Below are positions 8,560 to 17,259 of a stretch of 60,460 nt of DNA, in pieces; within the stretch, counting starts at the first letter, position 1; each line of letters opens with the position of its first letter. The notes under the pieces are model-generated. The model saw nothing but the letters and a program-made list of their open reading frames with translations, was not told where the DNA came from and made no database searches. A program made the translations under genes and the position numbers. This DNA comes from a virus (taxonomy: Duplodnaviria > Heunggongvirae > Uroviricota > Caudoviricetes): IMG/VR virus record IMGVR_UViG_3300032167_002916; one strand, given 5' to 3'.

Positions 8560-8751
8560 GTGAAAATGAAGCCTGATATTATTAAATGGTGCGACCCTAG
8601 ATGGATTGATGGCTATGTTGGCGTGTTTTGTAGATGTGGTAGGACTCTATATATCAAAAACATGCCTCAGAAAGCCAAGCAAACTGTCGATGTCGAGTGT
8701 CCTTGTGGTTTCGTAATACACACAATGTACACAAGATATTCGCACAATTAA
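8560..8751 (+). CDS. Small zinc-ribbon-like protein
   Basis: CRCG and CPCG motifs; SD GAGGTG. Confidence 0.55.
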   Translation: MKMKPDIIKWCDPRWIDGYVGVFCRCGRTLYIKNMPQKAKQTVDVECPCGFVIHTMYTRYSHN

Positions 8752-8782
8752 AACGATAAAATGACGATTTACTAAGGAGTAG

Positions 8783-9037
8783 ATGATGGCAGGTTACGAG
8801 ATGATTATAAAAGACGTCAACAAATCTGGCGGTGCGGTATATAAGGATGGAGAATCTACGATTCTTAAAATGTATCTAAATTACATTCCTCGTCAACATG
8901 ATATCTTTAAGTTCAATGATGAGTACTATGAGGTAATCCGCATAATCAGTGACCTCGATGACTTTTGTTCTCCGTTGACAATCGTTGTGCGCAAGTATGT
9001 CATGTTCCCTGAAATAATTGATGGCAACCATGAATAA
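8783..9037 (+). CDS. Hypothetical small phage protein
   Basis: SD AAGGAG, tiles in array. Confidence 0.55.
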   Translation: MMAGYEMIIKDVNKSGGAVYKDGESTILKMYLNYIPRQHDIFKFNDEYYEVIRIISDLDDFCSPLTIVVRKYVMFPEIIDGNHE

Positions 9038-9052
9038 AGAGGTAAGCATTTT

Positions 9053-9247
9053 ATGTGGAAAATGTTTTGGATAAAGTTATTTGGGCAAAGAAAGCTATAC
9101 AAAGTTGTGTATGATCGTTATGGCACACATACAACGATTGTAGAAGCAAAAGATGAGTGTCGTGCAATAAGAAAGTTTCATAAGATGTTTGAGTATACTG
9201 GCATCAAACCGAGTATCATTTCGTTTGAAAGATATTGGGTTCAATAA
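9053..9247 (+). CDS. Hypothetical small phage protein
   Basis: SD GAGGT, tiles in array. Confidence 0.55.
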   Translation: MWKMFWIKLFGQRKLYKVVYDRYGTHTTIVEAKDECRAIRKFHKMFEYTGIKPSIISFERYWVQ

Positions 9248-9270
9248 AATCGATATATAAAGGAGCGCAC

Positions 9271-9537
9271 ATGGGGAAGGTTATTTTGGAGTTTAGCACG
9301 AAGTACGATACAGGCGACTTCGTAATTTTTGAAAAGAACGATACATATATGGTTGGCATGATTGCTGGCTACTACGTTGATACAAACTGCGATGATACTG
9401 TTTTCTATAATATTGCAGTAAACAAGAATAAGACATATACATTTGCAAACGGCGGCGATGTTGCTGAATACCACATCATCGGGAAAATCACCGAGCAGAA
9501 CCTTATTGATGCGCTCATGCATATGTTTTACAAGTAA
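9271..9537 (+). CDS. Hypothetical small phage protein
   Basis: SD AAGGAG supports ATG 9271. Confidence 0.6.
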   Translation: MGKVILEFSTKYDTGDFVIFEKNDTYMVGMIAGYYVDTNCDDTVFYNIAVNKNKTYTFANGGDVAEYHIIGKITEQNLIDALMHMFYK

Positions 9538-9539
9538 AA

Positions 9540-9815
9540 ATGAGGTGTGCAATGGGCAAGATTCGTAATGTCTACTCCATGATTTATGATAACCCAGAAA
9601 GAGGAAATAATGGTTACGGAGAGTTTTTAGGAAAATTTAAGCCAATTCAACAGATTACTTATGGCGGTTGGGATGATACATTCATCGGGCAAAACGTTGA
9701 CACTAAAGAAATCTGTTTAATCCTGAGCCACGAAGTATGCGGCTTTGGCGGTGGAATTTCTTATCAAGTATACCCATTGAAGGGTTTGATTTTGAATGAA
9801 AGTGCAGTTTTATAA
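9540..9815 (+). CDS. Hypothetical small phage protein
   Basis: SD GAGGTG before internal ATG 9552; tiles in array. Confidence 0.55.
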   Translation: MRCAMGKIRNVYSMIYDNPERGNNGYGEFLGKFKPIQQITYGGWDDTFIGQNVDTKEICLILSHEVCGFGGGISYQVYPLKGLILNESAVL

Positions 9816-9830
9816 CGTGGAGGACTAAGC

Positions 9831-10168
9831 GTGAGAATCGATTTACCACAGTGTGATTTCAAGAACTGTCGAAGATGTTTTGACGGTAATTGCAATTCGA
9901 AAATGGCCTTTCGTGATTGCCAGTATCAGCAGCTAAAAGAAAAAGAGAACCTAAGACTGGATGTAGTTTCCTCGGAAAATGGAGATTGGCACGGTCTATA
10001 TGCTAACGGAAGGTTGTTCTTCGAAGGAGACGAAATTCCAATACAAAAAGTCGTTGGATGTGTTTATCAGTTTTTCCTCTTGATATGGTTGAATGGGAAA
10101 TCCCACAAGCAATTGCTGAAAACGGACTTCCAAAGAATATCGAAGATATCGGAGGTGACTGTTTATGA
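9831..10168 (+). pseudogene. Cys-rich hypothetical gene with an apparent 1-nt frameshift at the T5 run 10071-10075
   Basis: The -1 frame after the T run gives an acidic tail (PLDMVEWEIPQAIAENGLPKNIEDIGGDCL*) whose TGA overlaps the next ATG (ATGA 10165-10168). Confidence 0.55.
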
Positions 10169-10317
10169 TGAATGCTATTGCCTTTGTGCTATGTACTATC
10201 GGCGCAGTACTGAAAGCCGTTGACCGTGACTGGGGATGGGTTGCAATTGATACGGCTTGTGCTGTAGCAAATGCAGAGTTTGCCTACCGTTGGTGGAAGG
10301 ATAGAAAGGTTAAGTAA
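10165..10317 (+). CDS. 50-aa membrane peptide (absent from ORF track)
   Basis: SD GGAGGTG; MMNAIAFVLCTIGAVLKAVDRDWGWVAIDTACAVANAEFAYRWWKDRKVK*; stop abuts ATG 10318. Confidence 0.6.
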   Translation: MMNAIAFVLCTIGAVLKAVDRDWGWVAIDTACAVANAEFAYRWWKDRKVK

Positions 10318-10662
10318 ATGGACTATGTACATGATTTTACGAAACAGGACGTAGAAGCGATTGGCTCCTTTCTCTCTGTAGCTTTCTATAACGGTTATGA
10401 AGAAGATATTTCGGATATCCGAAAATCTTTGTATAAAGCTTTTTCGTTTGATCCGGAAGCAAAGTTTAAGACGGTGCTGCGCCCAGAAAAATGGAGCGAA
10501 TGCCCCAATCACAAGGTTGATGAATTTGGTGGAATTTTCTGGTCATGGTTGGTGTTGAGATACGGTGATTACGGAACGTCCCCAAGATTCGGATGGATTT
10601 ATGGTGAAAATGCAAGGAGATTGTACACCATCATTTCAGAACGTTTAGAGGATAACGAATGA
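10318..10662 (+). CDS. Hypothetical phage protein
   Basis: Coupled start; GDYGTSPRFGWI motif. Confidence 0.65.
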   Translation: MDYVHDFTKQDVEAIGSFLSVAFYNGYEEDISDIRKSLYKAFSFDPEAKFKTVLRPEKWSECPNHKVDEFGGIFWSWLVLRYGDYGTSPRFGWIYGENARRLYTIISERLEDNE

Positions 10663-10868
10663 TAAAAGTAATTCCAAAGGACGAGGAGCCTCGGAAAAGA
10701 GTAGAGTGTATCAACTGCGGCGCAGTGCTTGAATATGCACACAGTGATACATACCATGATTGGCATTATGATTGCGGCCTTAAATTAGATATTCACGCTC
10801 TGTACATTACATGTCCAGCGTGTAGATACCGGCTTAAGGTTAGAGAGTGGGCAGTTGACTGTTTATAA
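10659..10868 (+). CDS. Zinc-ribbon protein
   Basis: CINCGAVLEY...CPAC; SD GAGG. Confidence 0.65.
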   Translation: MIKVIPKDEEPRKRVECINCGAVLEYAHSDTYHDWHYDCGLKLDIHALYITCPACRYRLKVREWAVDCL

Positions 10869-11394
10869 AAGTAGGATTGAGGCAAATATGAATACGAAAA
10901 TTTACAGTGTTTTCCCGGCCTGTGGTAAAACTTGGATGTGTGAACATCAAGAAGGATATGGATTGAAAATTCTTGATTCAGACAGCAGCCAGTTTAGTTG
11001 GATGGAACGACCAGTTACATTTAAGACGGGCGATCACCAATATGAAAAGATTATTAAACTTCGCAATCCAGATTTTCCAGCTAATTACATTAAACACATC
11101 AGAGATAACATCGGTAAATACGATTACATTTTTGTAAGCAGCCATGCTTCAGTAAGAGAGGCACTGGATACCGAAGGAATTGAATTTACAATTGTGTATC
11201 CTGAGCATCATTGTAAAGCTGAATGGGTTGGCCGGTGTTACATCAGAGAGAAGCGAGGCGAGACTGGCTGCGGAGCGGAGGTTATGTACAATAACTGGGA
11301 TCAATGGGTTCGTGAGTGCTTTAATACTGGCACAGACCATAAGGAGATTGTGTTAAGTCACAATGAATTTTTGGGTGACTATTTTTGGGCATAA
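10855..11394 (+). CDS. P-loop NTPase/kinase-like protein
   Basis: IYSVFPACGKT Walker A-like motif, LDSDSS; ATG 10888 is a likelier start. Confidence 0.65.
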   Translation: MTVYKSRIEANMNTKIYSVFPACGKTWMCEHQEGYGLKILDSDSSQFSWMERPVTFKTGDHQYEKIIKLRNPDFPANYIKHIRDNIGKYDYIFVSSHASVREALDTEGIEFTIVYPEHHCKAEWVGRCYIREKRGETGCGAEVMYNNWDQWVRECFNTGTDHKEIVLSHNEFLGDYFWA

Positions 11395-11411
11395 ATTGAA
11401 ATAGGATTTTT

Positions 11412-11750
11412 ATGAATCATGAAGTAAGGAATGTCACCAGGCTATGGGTAGATAATGACTCGACGGTTATTGTGCGTCATTGGACTACTGAAGAATATGA
11501 GTCCGTTAGTCCTGACGACCGTATCTATGAGAAGCATTGGAGTTGGTATTGCCCACGATGTCGGACAGTCCCAGCAATTTGTGCAAACAAAGACGATGCA
11601 AAACACTACGCAAACCGGCATGAGTTTCTACACGGACATCGGCATAGATGCAAGGTGAAATACAGAGATCACGAGCTGATTTGTCTTGAGTTCAAAGAAG
11701 AATACTCAACAAAGTACAAAGTATGGGTAGCAAGGCAAATATTATACTGA
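11412..11750 (+). CDS. Hypothetical protein with CPRC..H..H motif
   Basis: Tiles in array. Confidence 0.55.
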   Translation: MNHEVRNVTRLWVDNDSTVIVRHWTTEEYESVSPDDRIYEKHWSWYCPRCRTVPAICANKDDAKHYANRHEFLHGHRHRCKVKYRDHELICLEFKEEYSTKYKVWVARQILY

Positions 11751-11983
11751 ATGCCAAAGATAGGATTTATAACATGAAAAGAATTGATATGGGTAACAAG
11801 CTACCGACTTATTGTCTAAAAGTGGTTTTAACTGCAGAGGACATTTATGAAAAGCTTTCCGATGAAGATAAGAAGAGATTTAACCGGGTAATCATCGCGG
11901 ACGTTTCCAGAGATTTGGAAATGAATTTGGAGATTACCTGCGTTGCAGTTAATGATTGCCCTATGATAATTGAGGAGCACTGA
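11723..11983 (+). CDS. Hypothetical small phage protein
   Basis: Tiles in array; true start probably internal. Confidence 0.5.
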   Translation: MGSKANIILNAKDRIYNMKRIDMGNKLPTYCLKVVLTAEDIYEKLSDEDKKRFNRVIIADVSRDLEMNLEITCVAVNDCPMIIEEH

Positions 11984-12185
11984 ATTAGAGATGAGTTGGA
12001 TTGCGTGCTATGATAGGCAACCGACAGAGTCTTCCATCTATAAGATACGAACGGTCGGAATTTATGGGCACGTTAGAAAGGCTTACTATAATACTTTCGA
12101 TGGGACATGGATTTACGACGATGGAGTTTGGTTGCCAGCAGATATTACACCTTACGTACTTTTCTGGAAGGAGACCAAATCATAA
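11970..12185 (+). CDS. Hypothetical small phage protein (DUF551-like W..P..W pattern)
   Basis: WIACYDRQP...W..W pattern; start uncertain. Confidence 0.5.
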   Translation: MRSTELEMSWIACYDRQPTESSIYKIRTVGIYGHVRKAYYNTFDGTWIYDDGVWLPADITPYVLFWKETKS

Positions 12186-12186
12186 C

Positions 12187-12468
12187 ATGGTAGAAATCAA
12201 ATTAAAGAAAAATCAGACCGGATACGATGTTGTTGCGGAGTTCATTAAAAGGTATTGGGAACATCACATAACAGATCAGATTGTTGTATCCTTGGGACTT
12301 TCTCGTGATGGCATTACTTTTGAACATCATAATGAGGTTGCTTCGCCATACAACTTTGATGATATTGAGTTCGATTACGATTGGTGGGAAGGCGAACAGT
12401 ATATTAGAATTTTTGGAATCACCAGTGTAAATAAGCTAAATATCGCCGGTGGTATCTACGATAAATAA
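12187..12468 (+). CDS. Hypothetical acidic phage protein
   Basis: SD AAGGAG upstream; DWWEGEQYI motif; the track's longer N-terminus overlaps the previous gene. Confidence 0.6.
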   Translation: MVEIKLKKNQTGYDVVAEFIKRYWEHHITDQIVVSLGLSRDGITFEHHNEVASPYNFDDIEFDYDWWEGEQYIRIFGITSVNKLNIAGGIYDK

Positions 12469-12479
12469 GAGGTGATTAC

Positions 12480-12806
12480 ATGTACGTTGTTACAAAACGA
12501 GGATATAAATTACCGGTAGATACTTCTTCCTTGCCAGATGACGCATACGAACCATTCCAGCAGAATGTTGGGTTATACGATGACTCTACAGTACTTAAAG
12601 AAGTGTGGATTCTTGAACTCAATAGAAAGAATGATTGGAATTCTAGTGGCGATAAATATGAACTTGAGTTCGTAAAAGAACTCAGGTTTACTCATGAGCC
12701 AACAAAGGAAGAGATTCTATGGGCGATGTCCGCTTATGGATGTAGCAGATGGGACGTAGCCTTTGTCAAGAAGGCATACGAACTAGATATGGAGTACGAT
12801 GGATAA
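12480..12806 (+). CDS. Hypothetical phage protein
   Basis: SD GAGGTG. Confidence 0.6.
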   Translation: MYVVTKRGYKLPVDTSSLPDDAYEPFQQNVGLYDDSTVLKEVWILELNRKNDWNSSGDKYELEFVKELRFTHEPTKEEILWAMSAYGCSRWDVAFVKKAYELDMEYDG

Positions 12807-12984
12807 TAATCCAAACATTTGCCCCTGCTGTGGTAGATGGAGACGAGATATTAAACGACGCAGACAGAATACAGCATACCAAGATGATGAGTTCAATTAT
12901 ATCACTGTATGTATGGAATGCTATGAAGAAATCGAAGACTACTGGAACGAACGCTGGGAGGAATATTGGGCTTCTTGCCTGTAA
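12799..12984 (+). CDS. Small zinc-finger protein
   Basis: CPCCG and CMEC, W/E-rich tail; SD GGAG. Confidence 0.6.
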   Translation: MDNNPNICPCCGRWRRDIKRRRQNTAYQDDEFNYITVCMECYEEIEDYWNERWEEYWASCL

Positions 12985-12985
12985 T

Positions 12986-13156
12986 ATGTACTTAAAATAT
13001 GTCGGAAAAGATTTCTCAATGGGATTGCGAACGGGTCAAACGTACAAAGTTAAAGTACTTTCAAAAGACCATTATATTTGGGTAGAATGGGGATTTTGCA
13101 ATGTTTGTCCCTATGATTCCCCAGGGAGTTTTGCAAAGAATTGGGTTAAACCATGA
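12986..13156 (+). CDS. Hypothetical small protein
   Basis: ATG 12986 follows the previous stop; track extension to 12749 overlaps two genes. Confidence 0.5.
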   Translation: MYLKYVGKDFSMGLRTGQTYKVKVLSKDHYIWVEWGFCNVCPYDSPGSFAKNWVKP

Positions 13157-13163
13157 GGTGTTT

Positions 13164-13394
13164 ATGTCAAAAGGAAAACAGAGATGGTACCCGGATAAAC
13201 CACAAAACAATATGCCTTTAGTCTGTCCAAGGTATGAAGACCATGGCGGATCAGTTTATTGTGAACAAGGAAACGTTGGAGATGCACGAGTGTGTCATGG
13301 GAATCCTCACAATTGTGTCAAAACCAAGTATCATAGGGCGGCAAGTAGGAGCAATAAACAAATAATTCACGACAATAGGTTGGAGGAATTATGA
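13164..13394 (+). CDS. Cys-rich hypothetical protein
   Basis: SD GAGGTG; VCHGNPHNCVKT. Confidence 0.55.
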   Translation: MSKGKQRWYPDKPQNNMPLVCPRYEDHGGSVYCEQGNVGDARVCHGNPHNCVKTKYHRAASRSNKQIIHDNRLEEL

Positions 13395-13741
13395 GTCAAT
13401 ATGACTTTTCTTTAGATGATACAATTCCAAAATATAGGAAGAAATCAAAGAAGTCCGGTACTCCTAGAGCGAAGCATAAACATGATTACAAAACTGTTCT
13501 GCTGACGAAATACTATGAGTATACACCGGGGAAGAAAAGCAAGTCAGTTTCTCCGGCAAAGGTATGCAGCATATGCGGTAGGGTAGGAGAGGTTGATTTC
13601 TTTCAATATGAACTGATTGATAAAACGGATCAAACATATCCTTTCGCAATGAAAGAACGTAGAATCAGAGATCCAGAGACGCTAGAAAAGTGGCACTGTG
13701 ATTTCTTTGATAAATTTGCTAAAAAGACGGAGGCAATATGA
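13391..13741 (+). CDS. Basic hypothetical protein
   Basis: SD GGAGG; KHKH..CSICG. Confidence 0.6.
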   Translation: MSQYDFSLDDTIPKYRKKSKKSGTPRAKHKHDYKTVLLTKYYEYTPGKKSKSVSPAKVCSICGRVGEVDFFQYELIDKTDQTYPFAMKERRIRDPETLEKWHCDFFDKFAKKTEAI

Positions 13742-14007
13742 ATCGATATATTATTGGACATTCCAGTAGTGGTAAAACCAAAAGCCTTTTAGAGGCAGCA
13801 AAAGAAGCAGGAGCCGTAGTGGTATGCAGAAACCCTGAAGCAATGAGGGTGAAGGCGTATAACTACGGTATTTTTAATCTCCAGTTCTATAGCTATAACG
13901 ACATCGATAAGTTAGATCGCACTACAAAGATTGTAGTTGACGAGCTAAAAGATTTTTTCGAGTGGCAAGGATATGAACTGGCAGGTTTTAATTTAACAGA
14001 AGACTAA
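13738..14007 (+). CDS. Short P-loop protein
   Basis: IIGHSSSGKT Walker A, KIVVDE Walker B in only 89 aa; SD GGAGG. Confidence 0.6.
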   Translation: MNRYIIGHSSSGKTKSLLEAAKEAGAVVVCRNPEAMRVKAYNYGIFNLQFYSYNDIDKLDRTTKIVVDELKDFFEWQGYELAGFNLTED

Positions 14008-14164
14008 TTCGTATGGGTTGATATGTACTGGAATGATAGAGTGCGAAGAGCAGAGCCGCCCACACATATCGTAAAACCAAACTATCAGACCGAGAGGTTG
14101 GGCTAACGACACAGGTCAACTGTGGGAGAATGTAATGGGTTTCCCTTGGAATACGGAGTGAAAT

Positions 14165-14503
14165 ATGAAATATGTATACGATGATCGTATGAATGCTCCA
14201 CGTAATACGCCGATTTGGGGTCTTGCGTACGACGTAAATAACGAAACAGAACACAGGAATTATAGCTGTAAGCCAGTATTAGGAGAAATTCGATCGAGGC
14301 ATTTCTTTAAGTATAAGAAAGGTACTACAGAGTGTCAGACGACTGGCGTAGGTATTCGGTCAAGGCAATATGCAGATACCTACGAAGAAGCTGCAGAGCT
14401 ATATAACAGCTTGGTAATGGCGAGAATCGACACCCTATATAGGCTTATTGATTCGGCTCAGAAAGATTTAATTCCTGTAAATACAACTGAAGGAGATACA
14501 TAA
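14165..14503 (+). CDS. Hypothetical phage protein
   Basis: SD GGAGTG; coupled to vWA gene. Confidence 0.6.
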   Translation: MKYVYDDRMNAPRNTPIWGLAYDVNNETEHRNYSCKPVLGEIRSRHFFKYKKGTTECQTTGVGIRSRQYADTYEEAAELYNSLVMARIDTLYRLIDSAQKDLIPVNTTEGDT

Positions 14504-15228
14504 TGAACGCAAATTTAACCGAAATTGTTTTTATCCTGGATAGAAGCGGCTCAATGTCTTATCTAACAAGCGATACCATTGGTGGCTTTAACTCATTCAT
14601 TGAGAAGCAGAAGGCTGAACCTGGTGAGGCACTGCTGACCACAATTCTGTTCGACGATCAGTATGAGGTGCTGCATAACGGTATCAATCTAAAGGAAGTC
14701 CAGCCTATGACTAGAGATCAGTACTGGGCTCGTGGCACGACTGCAATGTATGATGCAATTGGCAAGACAATCAATGATGTCGGTGCAAGACTGAGTTCTA
14801 CGCCGGAGGAAGAAAGACCTAGTAAGGTGATTTTTGTCATCACTACCGACGGCATGGAAAATGCAAGCCGAGAGTTTAATCAGGCTAAGATCAAAGAGAT
14901 GATTCAGCATCAGACTGAGAAGTACAGTTGGGACTTTATTTTCCTCGGTGCGAATATTGATTCTGTACAGCAGGCCGCCAATATTGGCATTAGTGCAGAT
15001 TTTGCCGCTGATTATCAGGCTACTGCGGATGGCCTGTTCTGTATGTATGATGCCGTAGATGCAGCAGTTAGTAGCAGCAGAACTTATGGCTGCGTGGCAA
15101 AGGGTTGGGCAGATTCTTTAGCCTCTACAAACGCAGTTGATAAAGTCGCTGCTTTAACTAAAGTAGATGATTTTGCAGTAGCGGTTGCTGAAGCGCAGGC
15201 TAAAGTTGATTATTTCGGTACATTCTAA
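14503..15228 (+). CDS. von Willebrand factor A (TerY-like) domain protein
   Basis: MIDAS IVFILDRSGSM, T.MYDAIG, VITTDGMENAS. Confidence 0.88.
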   Translation: MNANLTEIVFILDRSGSMSYLTSDTIGGFNSFIEKQKAEPGEALLTTILFDDQYEVLHNGINLKEVQPMTRDQYWARGTTAMYDAIGKTINDVGARLSSTPEEERPSKVIFVITTDGMENASREFNQAKIKEMIQHQTEKYSWDFIFLGANIDSVQQAANIGISADFAADYQATADGLFCMYDAVDAAVSSSRTYGCVAKGWADSLASTNAVDKVAALTKVDDFAVAVAEAQAKVDYFGTF

Positions 15229-15239
15229 GGAGGAAGAAA

Positions 15240-15512
15240 ATGAGAGTTCCTATTGAATTAAACACAGTAAGTGAAGTTGAGAGATTTACCAAGATTGCAC
15301 AGAGTGTTGACGTCGATGTTCGGGTTACCGGCAAGGATGAGAACGGAAATTACTGGGAGCTGTCTGCCAAATCTCTCTTTTGTTCTCTGATCCTGTCTGC
15401 AAAGGTTCAGAAGCAGCGTGAACACACGGCACATGAAGTTGATTGGAACACAATTTGGTGTGAGTGTGATAAGGATATTTACTATCTGATTCGTGATTTC
15501 GTGAAGGAGTAA
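15240..15512 (+). CDS. HPr-like phosphocarrier-fold protein lacking the His15 motif
   Basis: IELNTVSEVERF...V.V...SAKSL pattern of the clostridial HPr-like family; SD AGGAGG. Confidence 0.6.
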   Translation: MRVPIELNTVSEVERFTKIAQSVDVDVRVTGKDENGNYWELSAKSLFCSLILSAKVQKQREHTAHEVDWNTIWCECDKDIYYLIRDFVKE

Positions 15513-15513
15513 T

Positions 15514-15687
15514 ATGAGCAGAATCTTTACGCAATGGCGATGTGAACACTGTGGAGATGAGTTCCAGAAATACATAAGCTTCGGACACCCTAATGAGGAT
15601 TTTGAGTTCAAGTGGAAATGCGGTAAGTGCGGCGGTATTAACGTTCTGTTAGTCGAAGCATTGCCGTATTTTTGGTATCTAAAATAA
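15514..15687 (+). CDS. 57-aa zinc-finger protein (absent from ORF track)
   Basis: SD AAGGAG; CEHC and CGKC. Confidence 0.6.
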   Translation: MSRIFTQWRCEHCGDEFQKYISFGHPNEDFEFKWKCGKCGGINVLLVEALPYFWYLK

Positions 15688-15710
15688 ACAATACCGAGGA
15701 GAATGAAGCT

Positions 15711-15977
15711 ATGAGTGAATATCAAGTCAAGTTGTACTACGGTTTTGAAGAAATGGAATATGATATTTTCCACGCATTTGAAGCTATCGATCCAGATGTG
15801 GGGCATGATGATGCAGTGATAGCCAAAGCATTGGCGGAACAGTTAGATACTGATCCTGACAGCGATAATTACTCTTGCTACTCCATGTACATCAATTTGC
15901 CGGCATCTTTGATCGAAAGAATTAAGGCCGATGCAATCAGAGAATATAACGAAGGAGTGAATGCGAATGGGCAATAA
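15711..15977 (+). CDS. Acidic hypothetical protein
   Basis: SD GAGGAG supports ATG 15711. Confidence 0.55.
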   Translation: MSEYQVKLYYGFEEMEYDIFHAFEAIDPDVGHDDAVIAKALAEQLDTDPDSDNYSCYSMYINLPASLIERIKADAIREYNEGVNANGQ

Positions 15978-16803
15978 GCGAGATAGCCTTGGCGATAGAA
16001 TGAAAAAGTATGAATATATTACTAGAACGCATTTGGTACCAAGAATGCCTGTAATTATTCGACTTGATGGCAAGGCGTTCCATACATTTACAAAGGGATT
16101 CGCCAGACCATTCGACGACTTCTTTATCTCAGCCATGCAAAAGACAATGATGCACCTCTGTAAAAACATACAGGGGTGCGTTTTAGGTTATACCCAGTCT
16201 GATGAAATCACGCTTGTTTTGGTGGATTATAAGAAGCTAGATAGCTCTGCCTGGTTTGACAACAATATCCAGAAGATGTGTAGCATTGCGGCAAGCATGG
16301 CTACTCTAGAGTTTAACAGAGCCTTCGAGGAAGAAACACGAGATTTTCGGAGAAGAATCAACGAGTGTTGGACGTGTACGTCGCCAGAAGACAAACTATG
16401 TACAGCCTATGAGAAGGCTATTGCAAAAGGCGCAATGTTTGATGCGAGAGTATTCAACATTCCGAAAGAAGAAACATGCAACTGTGTCCTTTGGAGACAA
16501 AATGATGCAACAAGAAACTCAATTCAGATGGTTGGACAGGCACATTTTTCCCATAAGCAGTTAGAGGATAAGTCGCAAAGCGACATTCAGGATATGTTGA
16601 TGCTTGAAAAGGGTATTAACTGGAATGATTACCCAACACATCAGAAGCGGGGAAGCTGCTGTGTGAAAAAAGCAAAAATTGTTCAAGCGACACCTGAGAG
16701 TGAACCAATTGTAAGATTTTTGTGGGAAATTGATACTGAGATCCCCATCTTCAAGGGTGAGGGAAGAAAGTATATCAACGATCTGATTTTTGTAGGTGAG
16801 TAA
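15967..16803 (+). CDS. tRNA(His) guanylyltransferase Thg1 / Thg1-like 3'-5' polymerase
   Basis: DRMKKYE, IIRLDGKAFH, GYTQSDEITL, FDARVF, WRQNDATRN motifs. Confidence 0.92.
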   Translation: MGNKRDSLGDRMKKYEYITRTHLVPRMPVIIRLDGKAFHTFTKGFARPFDDFFISAMQKTMMHLCKNIQGCVLGYTQSDEITLVLVDYKKLDSSAWFDNNIQKMCSIAASMATLEFNRAFEEETRDFRRRINECWTCTSPEDKLCTAYEKAIAKGAMFDARVFNIPKEETCNCVLWRQNDATRNSIQMVGQAHFSHKQLEDKSQSDIQDMLMLEKGINWNDYPTHQKRGSCCVKKAKIVQATPESEPIVRFLWEIDTEIPIFKGEGRKYINDLIFVGE

Positions 16804-17245
16804 TATGGGTTATCGAAGATTATTTATCATGCGTAAAGATTTGCAAATGTCGCCTGGTAAACTAGCTGCTCAGGTTGCTCACTGTGCAGAAGCATATTGG
16901 ACACACAGAATCAGGGGTAAAGCTCGTAAAGATCCGGAAAGCAGAAACGGATTCTATCACTACAGTGATACTCTTGAACAAGATATTTATGAGCAGTATG
17001 TTGCTGCAGCATTTGTGAAAACGATTTGTCAAGCAAGGAATAAGAATCAATTACTGAAGGCTAAGACAATGGCAGATGAGTTGGGACTTATTGAAAATGA
17101 AGACTACGGATTGATTTACGATAATTGTTTAACAGAACTTACCCCAGAGGAAGAGAACGGGACGACTCTTACAGGTATTTGGTTTTGTCCATTACCTGAC
17201 GAGGTGGCACATTCAATCAGTAAGAAGTTCCACCTGTATCAATAA
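16796..17245 (+). CDS. Peptidyl-tRNA hydrolase 2 (Pth2 family)
   Basis: RKDLQMSPGKLAAQVAH, D...TE, T..G..P. Confidence 0.85.
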   Translation: MSNMGYRRLFIMRKDLQMSPGKLAAQVAHCAEAYWTHRIRGKARKDPESRNGFYHYSDTLEQDIYEQYVAAAFVKTICQARNKNQLLKAKTMADELGLIENEDYGLIYDNCLTELTPEEENGTTLTGIWFCPLPDEVAHSISKKFHLYQ

Positions 17246-17259
17246 TAGGAGGAGAGACT

